Assembly: GCA_964035545.1 (NCBI GenBank)
Contig: OZ037767.1
Span: 4,914,707-4,978,706, forward strand
Reading direction: 5' to 3'
Length of the DNA: 64,000 bases
From: Bugula neritina
Lineage: Eukaryota; Animalia; Bryozoa
In this document: in pieces, positions 54,312 to 64,000 of the stretch
Numbering within the stretch: the first letter of the stretch is position 1
Layout of the letters: every line of letters starts with the position of its first letter
Position numbers and translations under genes: made by a program
Notes under the pieces: generated by a model
Databases searched by the model: none
What the model saw: only the letters and a program-made list of their open reading frames with translations
Told to the model about the DNA's origin: nothing

Positions 54312-57300
54312 ATGGGATTAAAACGACTCACTAAACTCTTAGCTGGTGGAGTCATCGCCCTTGGTGCTGGTGGTACTGCAGCTACTCTAATAGTTCACGG
54401 TGACGATGCAGGTTTTTTGCGCTTTGGTCGAGCAGCAATGACAGTAAGTTTGAGTTTTACAGAAATAATGTAGTGCAAGAATCTAGTCTTTTCAAACTTT
54501 TACCCAACAAATGTAGTCTTTTTACTGTACTGTGAAAGTGTTTGAATTAGAACCAATTTTTTGTACACAATAGAATGCTGAAAATCATTTGATGGACTTT
54601 TCTCTTGCATAGTACTTTTCTGAAGTAGTCTAGGCTACTAGTTATGATTTGATGTCAAACTGACTTTGGTATCTTACAGGGCATTGCGATAGTGATAGAC
54701 TACAAAATGTCAATGAGAAATTTGCCTCCAGAAAACAATGATAAATATCAATCCATTATGTCACTGGTAAGTAATATTTTATCTTTATAATTTTACAATA
54801 ATTTGCTTGAATAGGTATGGGCAGTTTAGTGTAGGTGCCCAACTATAAGAATTTGCGTTGGCTAGTTATCTTATTTAATTTGAGTATTTATTTATGTCAT
54901 GTAATTTAATTATCACTCACTTGGGGTAATAGGTATATATTCAGTTTGTATTAGTTATAGACAGATTTATTGGTTGCTATACGTAATGGTTTTGTAGGTA
55001 CATCAGCGCAGTGCGTCAAGACTACTGGAGTTGTGCTCTCGTAACGGTGGTTGTTTTATAAAAGTAGGTCAGCATGTAGGTTCTTTGGACTATTTACTCC
55101 CTAAAGAATATGTAAACACGCTGAAAGTGCTGCATGACAAAGCCCCAGAGACAAGTAAGGAAGACATTTTCAGAGTGATGAAAGAAGACTTGGGGGAAGA
55201 GGTGGGTCTAAAATAGTCAGCCACGGTTTATGCATTGATTTTTACACAAAAAAAAAGAATTTGTATTACTTTAAGCTTTCATTATTTTGAATAGTTTGAA
55301 ATTGAGGCATTTAAATAAACAGCTTCAGTATTCTTGTAAACATTTATATAGACTTTTATCATGTTCTTGTTAAAATAGCTGCAAAGGTTATGTTTTTTAT
55401 TTCCTGTTTTATATTAAATGAAGCTGATAGGGTTGACCAGTTCCCTATAAGCTAGCTAATAGTAAGGATTTGGTTGGCAGAGTAAGGATTTGGTTACTAA
55501 TAGTTGAAAATTCCAACCACCTGTCCGTGCTAAATAGAGTTTAGCTATTTTGTCCAAGTCTGTGTGTTTCCTCTCCAGATATTATCTGAGTTTGAAACAT
55601 TTGAAGAGCAGCCAATCGGAACAGCATCTCTAGCCCAGGTTCATAAAGCTGTTCTTAAGGATGGGACGGTTCTAGCGGTAAAAGTACAGCACCCTAAAGT
55701 GAAGGCTAATTCTTTTGTAGACATGAACACCATGGAGGTTAGTTCAAGTACATCTGATGTTGTATGTATATAACTACACTCTGCAGGGTGTAGTTGGATT
55801 TGAGCTATTTTTTAAATAAGCATATTCGTTGTTACATTGATTAAATTTGTTTTTTATGATGTTTAACTCAGCATTTATCTAAACAATGGAGTAATGCATT
55901 ATTTTACACGGATCTAGACATTGTATTGTGTATTGTGTCAGTCAGTGATTGTTTGAGTATCGCATTCGGTAGATTTTGGTGAAAACTGTGGCGTGGATAT
56001 TCCCCAGCTTCTCTTTCTTGTGGCTGGCTGATGAAACTAAGAGGAATTTGCCTCTAGAACTGGATTTTGAGTTTGAAGGGAAGAATGCGGAGAGAGTTAG
56101 TTCGATGCTGAGTTATATTCCCTTTCTGAAGGTATGGAGCCTTACTTGTATATGGCAATTACCATGTAATAGAGTGTGTCAAGCACCACGTAATAGGATG
56201 TCACATACACCATGTAATAGAGTGTGACAAGCACCTTATACTAGAGTGTCGCAAGCATCGTGTTATGTGAAATGCATGACATCCATATTTTAATATACAT
56301 GGCTTTGTTCAACTTTTATCGTGAAATTTATAATAATAGTCTAGACTTCTTCCAAAATAGTAGCAAATCTAGCTAACTGACAAGAAAATGTTCAAGCTCA
56401 TAACCTTGAAAATATCTAGAAAAAATATAAATAGAACACCTTATATTATGACTTGGAATCTATGAAATATCTACATACTAACTGTACTGTGTTAGCAGAA
56501 GGACACCCCAATAAAGAAATTAGTGGTACTTTCCAGTCTAATTGCTATATAGTGCAGAATAATGATATCCACAGGTTCCCAAGATATACTGGAAGTTTTC
56601 TTCTCCACGAGTTCTCTCCATGGAGTTCTGTGAAGGTGGAAGAGCTGATGACAGATCATATATGCTTGAGCATAACATACCTGTGGAACAGGTATGTTAT
56701 ATACGGTGATTGTCTGTGCGGGGCAGATGCTAATGCATATGCAATTTTGCAGCAGTAGTTGTTCTCTCCTGCTATCTGGTGTATATACTAAGTACAGTAG
56801 TTGTTCTCTCCTGCTATCTTGTGTATATACTAAGTACAGTAGTTGTTCTCTCCTGCTATCTGATGTATATACTAAGTACAGTAGTTGTTCTCTCCTGCTA
56901 TCCGGTGTATATACTAAGTACAGTAGTTATTCTCTCCTGCTATCTGGTGTATATACTAAGTACAGTAGTTGTTCTCTCCTGCTATCTTGTGTATATACTA
57001 AGTACAGTAGTTATTCTCTCCTGGTATCTTGTGTATATACTAAGTACAGTAGTTGTTCTCTCCCCTTGTATCTGGTGTATATACTAAGTACAGTAGTTGT
57101 TCTCTCCTGCTATCTTGTGTATATACTAAGTACAGTAGTTGTTCTCTCCTGCTATCTTGTGTATATACTAAGTACAGTAGTTGTTCTCTCCTGCTATCTT
57201 GTGTATATACTAAGTACAGTAGTTGTTCTCTCCTGCTATCTTGTGTATATACTAAGTACAACAGTTGTTCTCATCTACAACACCAGTCTTCTCTATGTTA

Positions 57301-59221
57301 CACACAATACCTGTGCTCCATCACTCATACCTTAATTGTGTTATATTAGTAGTTATCTTCACATATAATTTATTTTGAGCCCGGAATATTATTGTCTACA
57401 ATGTTCAATTGGAGTTATTCTCTTTAATTCTTGCAGTGATTCCGTAATGATCTTTCAATTGCTATACATTTGTAGTTATCCTCCCTTATTTATAATCCCT
57501 TTATAACTGTGTCTATGTCATTGCAAATCAATATATTTGCTTGACTGGAGTTATTTACTCCTTCATCAACTGTAGCCTCAGAGTCAGCCTTTTACTGAAC
57601 ACAATGCGTGTGGTCCTATCACTGGCCCACAACATAACTCCTGGTGAAATACATTAATATGATGTTACAGGTGAGTAACAACCTTAGTTTGTTATACAGT
57701 GAAATGATATTCAAACATGGCTTTGTTCACTGTGATCCTCACCCAGGGAATGTGCTGGTAAAGACAACTCCCCAACATAAAGCTCAAATTGTGCTGTTGG
57801 ATCACGGGCTGTACACAGTAAGTTGTATACCATGTTGATACTTACGCTAACATGAAACAAAAATTATTCCATCATTAAAATTATGTTATCCGACTTAATG
57901 CAAATCACATGTTGGAAAGTTTGTTAAAAATGCATATGGTGATTTAAACTGTAATCCCAGTTTCAATCATATGAAATTGTATTTTTAGTTGTAAATTTTC
58001 TCATTGTGACAGTATACATGTATATTCATACATGTATGTCAAGTTGTTGTCATTTGACTAGTTTGAACAGCTTTGCGTTACCTGCCAATAACTCAGTATG
58101 TAGTTATATATAAGAGTTGATTGTTTTACTCATAGACACTGACGAATGAGTTTAGAATAAACTATGCAAAGCTATGGATGTCCATCATCAAAGGAGACGA
58201 GGCGGGTATTAAAGAGCACAGTTATGCAATGAACTGTGGCGAGTTATACGGACTATTCAGCTGCATGGTGGCTGGCAGAGCCTGGTCCTCTATCTCTAAA
58301 CAAAAGCTGCAGACTGGAGAGGTCAATCCCAATGAGGTCTGTATTTCCTGCAATGGTTGCCTCTTTTAGGTTGAAATTTGCTGCACCTGTGTGCAGGTAA
58401 ATTAGAGATGTACCAGTTTGTAGTAAACTGAGCTACATCTAAATAGAGCAAGGGTAAGCACAGCTCTGCTTCTAAACCACTTGTTGGTTACGCTGCAGCT
58501 CTAGTACCCACCTTTATTACGTTGACTCGGGATTACAAGTTTCCTTCACGAGTGTTTCCTAATGATTGTGGTTTTGTCAGCACAGCAGTGACTGTAGCTG
58601 CATGTCTTATTTATATGCAATAGAACTTTGGTAGTTGTAATAACTTCGGAATTAAGAGTTGTTCTTCCATGACTACTAGCTTCTAAATTCCAGTCTCGCA
58701 AATTCATTACTAAATATGGGACATTTTTAAAATGAAAAGTAAAGCTAATAACTAACTGATTTATGGTAAAAATAGTTTTAATGTCGAGAAGTTATCCTCT
58801 CTTGGAGAGTTTACAGCTCAACAAACACATTATTAGTCCACTGCTATGTCTCTAAGGTCTGTTTTTACTTTATGGTTTTTATCTGTCGTTTCAGGACAAT
58901 GAGATCCAAGAGAATGCAGCCAACCTGATCCAGGACATGGTGCACGTCCTGAACAAAGTGCCCCGCGAGATGTTACTCATATTCAAAACTAACGACTGCC
59001 TCCGGGGAATCGACTCCAGACTGAAAACTAGATTCCGGGCCAACGCATTCATCAGTATGACTAAATCCTGCACCCAGGTTGTGTTTGAGGAGAAGATTAA
59101 ATTGTCAGGTAGCTGGGTGGGACAACTTCTACTCAAAATACAAAGAACTTTGGCTATATTAGCCATTGAGTTCACTCAGCTTACACTACAATATTTCTCA
59201 CACAAAGGTTCTCAGTCTTAG
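54312..59221 (+). CDS. ADCK1: AarF/ABC1 (UbiB) domain-containing atypical kinase 1
   Basis: Exons at approx. 54312-54443, 54680-54766, 54998-55201, 55580-55737, 55973-56131, 56575-56691, 57671-57817, 58137-58336, 58895-59221. Motifs: NGGCFIKVGQH (KxGQ), PIGTASLAQVHKA, LAVKVQHP, LPLELDF, GFVHCDPHPGNVLV, LLDHGLY, KTNDCLRGID. Confidence 0.93.
56753..57272. repeat. 42-bp intronic minisatellite (cagtagttgttctctcctgctatcttgtgtatatactaagta) x~12
   Basis: Tandem units; they explain the ORFs at 56694-57349. Confidence 0.95.
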
Positions 59222-59366
59222 CATTATTTTAGCAATTTAGGAAATATCAAACAAAAGTCACGCGACTCCGAATTAATACTAGGCAATTTATTTATTCGTT
59301 TATTATCTTTTTCTATTTATTTTTTGATTGTAAACTAATGCTAAATTATAACTCAAGACTCAATTA

Positions 59367-59652
59367 GTACTGTATTACTGTATATACAGCACTGTATTAC
59401 TGTATACACTATACTGTATACTGTATACACTACACTGTATTACTGTGTACCCAGCACTGTGTTACTGTATACACCGCATTGTACTACTGTATACACTGCA
59501 GTGTTATACTGTATACATAGCATTGTACTATTGTATATACAGCATTGTATTACTGTATACACTACACTGTATTACTGTATACACTACGCTGTACTACTGT
59601 ATACACTGCAGTGTACTACTGTATACATTGCAGTGTACTATTGTATACATAG
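59367..59652. repeat. Degenerate ~21-bp tandem repeat (tactgtatacactgcagtgta-like)
   Basis: Seen directly, downstream of the ADCK1 stop. Confidence 0.85.
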
Positions 59653-60068
59653 CGGTGAAGGAGATGTCACCTGGGCATGTCCGATTTATTTTGAGAATTT
59701 GGATTGGAAATGTTGCTAAATATCTTTCAACTTATTAGGTTGTGTTAATTATAATGTATGAAGCAAGTATATTTTATTAGTGGTTGTTACTAGTGAAATG
59801 CTCTTTGAAATGTATTAAAAAGTTTGAGTTTTCTTCTAAAAATAGGAAAATAAAAACTGTTTATGTACTTGACCAGAGTTATCTTTCCATTATTCCAACG
59901 ACTGGCATTGTCTACTCGATGCCGCGCATTATTTAACTGTACTGTGCTTGCATAGCTCTATAATATTTCGTCACGCTCTTTGCGATTCCCCTGATGGCCT
60001 ACGTAAAGTAATGCCCTGTCATATTCAAATATCAACTCCACTGATATAGAGACTAGCATGGCTGTATA

Positions 60069-63000
60069 ATGACTTCAGGCAACAGTAGGGTAGTTACTAA
60101 GTTAAAGGAAATCTGGTATAGTCCATCAGACCAGTATACTATTCTGAAGATTCTGGTAGCCTTGCCTATAGGGCTCTTATTGGGTGTGGGTAAGTTTACA
60201 GTCAAATTCATATATATTTGGTTGTCACGCATATTAAAATACTCAACTTCTGCTTATATTTAATAATAATTTATTGCTTAAACTTGAGACAAACGTGAAA
60301 AATTATTGTTTATTTGCTGTAATATTTATTGCACATTTATGAGAAAACCTTTAATAAATAAACCTTTGAGAGTCTGCAAACTGATCGATTTGTTTGTGGA
60401 ATGAAAAGAGCACATTTCTTATGCCAATATGCTTTTTTCTTGAGATTATTCTAGAATTATAGCCTTAGAGAATAAGTAGTCGTTGAACAGTTAGTATATA
60501 ATTGATAGGGTATTACTATGCTGGAGTACACAGGCTACAACTAAGGAGAGAAGTTGATCTGGTGGTTGGTACAGGTGTAGTATCAGGAGTGGCTGTAGGA
60601 TGGGCTATATCTCAGCAAGTGAGGGCCACGTCCCTCCTCATTATACCCACAATGTTCACTAAGGAAGGCAGGCTATGGCTCACCACTTTCTCCTATACAC
60701 TTATCCTCGAAGGTAATTTACCAAGTCCTTATTTTTTCAATCTGGTTTTTGCCTCCAAGGCCGGGTAAAAGGATATATTAAAGTGTCGAAGGACTAAGGC
60801 TATGAAATATTTTAATTGAAGCTGCTTGTGTAGAATATAATCTCAATGAAATCAACTGCAAGTGATACTACTTGTACAGTGGCTGTGTGTATCAACTTAG
60901 AATGTATTAGGAGCAAGTTGCCACACAAATGGTAACATTTTGATTGATTTCCCTGCAAAAAAAATTTTGAATCGTTTAGAGCATATTTGTTAAAATATCG
61001 ATTTATCTTATATATTATGTTATATTTTATTATGCAGTACTCTGTTGTATTATCTTATGGTACATTGTATAATATATCGCATTATATTATGGTATATATT
61101 ATACTTTATTATGTTGTATATTATATGTTATCGTGTGGTGTTTTGTCATATAATATGTTATATTGTATATCATATTGTGATATGGTATATTATGTTTTAT
61201 ATGAGTCATACTGCTGAGTTATATTCTTAAATATTGCAGGTCCAGTTGAAAACCTGATCACTAATACACAAGAAATACTTCGAGGTATTTCCTGCAGGTA
61301 CTGTATGATATTCTGCACATGTTATGTAATAGTGGCAGGTAACTTGCACATGATGCTGCTGACAATACTATTAAATATTTCGCTAGTTCCATAAAGTGTT
61401 AATAGTTTGTATGTGTATTTCAGCCTCACATTTGTTGCTGAGACCAAAGCAGAAAAGGTAAAACTTTTAAATGGACCTCTAGAAATATTTGGGGCGAAGA
61501 TGGATAAAGATGTGAGCTCGATGGACAGGAAATCCAAGGGGCTGTTCCTCCAAGTTTCTCCCAACCAGTTTAAGGTAGACTGTCTGGTAGTAGCAAGAGT
61601 TTCGAGGCCGAAAAAAGGTTATCTACTTCTCATTTTATAACCAATACATTTTTATGACGGCATCAATACTTATACTACAGAGTACAGTAACTAAAGTAAG
61701 CTGCAATAAAAAGCTAATCGAGTAAGGATTATCTTAGCTAGCCATAGCTTGCTTATTGTAACTTTTGTTTATAAGTTGATCGCAGTTTATATTTTTCTCA
61801 CCTTTCACCGCCTTGTCCTGATCAGGTGGCGGAGTTTGTTTATTATATATTTTTATTAATTTATAATACATAATAGAACATTAGTTTCCCATGAGAGCAA
61901 CAAATAGACAATTATAATGGTATATCTAATTGTATGAGACATATTAGCTATTAATGAGGTACAAAGGAATATTGTATTTTATAATAATTCATTACAGTTT
62001 TTTTTGAGGTGTAAAAATATTGTGTTTTATAATGATTCACTTGCTAAGTTATTTTTTATTATAAATCACTATAATACTATAAAATTTCTAATTATTTATG
62101 TTGTAGAAATCAGATGATGAGCTGACATTGGAGGAAGCTATGTATATCAGTGATGCCGCAACCGAAGAAGATGTTGACGCTGGTGACAAGGACTCGGCAG
62201 CAGCTAGCGATGACAGAGTAGTTGGCCATCGTAAGACTTCGGAGGAAGTCTCCTCCCACATGGAGGAGAACTGCAAAGGTATGAAACTTGGGATTCGTCT
62301 TCTCACAGCTCAGTTGATGTAGAATACTTTAGAGTAGTTTAAAGACCTTATACTCTGGTAAATGTTCTTTTTTTTACCGAAGAGTTTATGATTTTGATGA
62401 AAAGCGGAGCTTTAACTCAAAATGTGCTGCAGGAATAAAATAGCTCGACAGATTTCATGTTTTTCTCTTAGAGACATCACATTTGACTGAACGTTTTATG
62501 CAAGATGTGGCCAGTTAATATTTAAGTTATCAGGATTCCCTATTGTTTTGCTGCAAAACAACAATTGCTCGTGCTGGTGAATTTCTATTGGATAAACCAG
62601 TGTTGGGCTGAGGCTGGATACATTATACATTGTTAAACATCTGAGCAGATGAAACCCATTTAGATGAAATTGAGATAGCCTAGCTCTTTAATTTTGCTAT
62701 TAAATTTTGGTTTGGGGTTCGAGGTGGAATTCTTGCGATAACATAGCTTCTTTTGCTACATGTCTAATCTAGAACACAGGCTATTACCAATTTCTCCATT
62801 AGTGCACCTACCTCGTGAAAACTGACACAGTTCATATCGCTGCCAGTGTGATTCATATCAGCTGACCTTGCGTGGTAGAGTAACTTCTCAAAGTATCTTG
62901 CTAATTGTGTGCAAAGCAGTACAGCAGTAGAGGGTTGGCATTCATTTGTTACCATTGTATATTTTTCAATCCTATAAGGTTCTCATAGGTCTAAATTTCT

Positions 63001-63833
63001 AGTTAGTTATAAACTTTCTATTTTCTGTTGTTTATTTAATTAAAATAATTACATAATTATAAATATTTTAAATCCGAGAGTTGCTATTTTTATTATGTTG
63101 TAAATATTATTTGCATGCAACTAACACAATGCCATGCCTTGGCTTACTTGTGGCTCAATCACGTCTGCTTATGAACAGATTGATATATTTTCTAGAGATG
63201 AATAAAGAAGCAGTGAATAAATGCAAAGCTAAAGTTCAAAATGTTCAAGACAGGTGTGTTAACAACAAGCAGGAGATATTTCAAAATGCCGACTTCGTAG
63301 TTCCCAATGCTTGTGATCTCTCACCGGACGACAGCGAATGTGATCAGATGGCTTGTATGTTATATATAAGTATCGTGATGTAATCCTATGATAGTTGAGA
63401 TATAATTTAGGTGACTAAGCCTATCATAATGCTCGTCAGTTTTTTTACAAAATAAGATGTAATGTTGTATTACGGTATTTTAATAAAATGTAGCATTTAT
63501 GTAAACTTGTTTAACATAACTTCTTCTGAATGAGATAGGAGCAGTCGAGTTTTACATGCATTGTTCAAATAGGAGAATTTGTTAGCCCGTGTACATTGAC
63601 TCATACAAGTTTCTGCTGCTAGCCGCAACATCTATTATAAATTCCATGTCGCCCAGGCTAATAGTTGGTGTCAGATCTGAATTACCTCTGCTTTTACAGC
63701 TAAAGGCGATGTTGATGCCGAGTGTGACGCCTCAAATCGAGGAGCCGACCTCGGCAACGCTTTGGAAGATTACGAGAATGTCGTGTCCAGCAACGAGGCG
63801 GGAGTTGCTGAAGAAGTGAAATTTTCTGTCGAG
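60069..63833 (+). CDS. DC-STAMP-family membrane protein, DCST1/DCST2 (sneaky/SPE-42)-like; 3' part lies beyond the window
   Basis: Exons at approx. 60069-60189, 60509-60712, 61240-61297, 61424-61574, 62107-62278, 63196-63354, 63700-63833. The segment SQQVRATSLLIIPTMFTKEGRLWL...LEGPVENLITNTQEILRGISC matches the family N-terminal pattern and is followed by a Cys-rich ectodomain. Confidence 0.8.
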
Positions 63834-64000
63834 GTAGGACAACTCCATCTTTTCTGTGTGGTACTTAGAATAGATGTGTTTAGTTTGAATGATTGAATAA
63901 GATATTTATATAAGAATGAAATAAAGTTTGATGGCAGGGGAAATTAGTTGTGACTCCATTGAATACTAAATACAGCTCAACTTGATGCATTTGAAAAATG

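Noticed and set aside
56694-57349. 213-aa and overlapping repetitive ORFs
   Set aside because: Translation of a 42-bp minisatellite inside an ADCK1 intron.
60987-61230. Tyr/Ile-rich ORFs
   Set aside because: AT-rich low-complexity intron of the DCST-like gene.

Overview
AT-rich eukaryotic (invertebrate animal, possibly lophotrochozoan; inference) genomic DNA with GT-AG introns. It contains five multi-exon + strand genes: a FAM186-like coiled-coil protein (5' end unresolved, ~746-17753), a class A orphan GPCR (25931-34528), an ABCC1/MRP1-like transporter (37093-51854), an ADCK1 kinase (54312-59221) and a DC-STAMP-domain DCST1/2-like gene that runs off the window (60069-64000). A sixth gene, seen by the ORF track only as fragments, was assembled by hand on the - strand (21399-20133, 5 exons, 187 aa, TATA+Inr promoter, C-terminal tail anchor). 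Its spliced mRNA is the standout: the last ~430 nt can fold into a nested multibranch structure. The first 78 nt of the 3'UTR are almost entirely antisense boxes to successive CDS segments (one best matched across an exon-exon junction), with a potential pseudoknot and the stop codon in a hairpin loop. Introns and intergenic DNA hold MITEs, tRNA-derived SINEs and minisatellites, several of which are tandem copies of the neighbouring splice junction. Exon coordinates were read by eye, and family assignments come from remembered motifs, not database searches.
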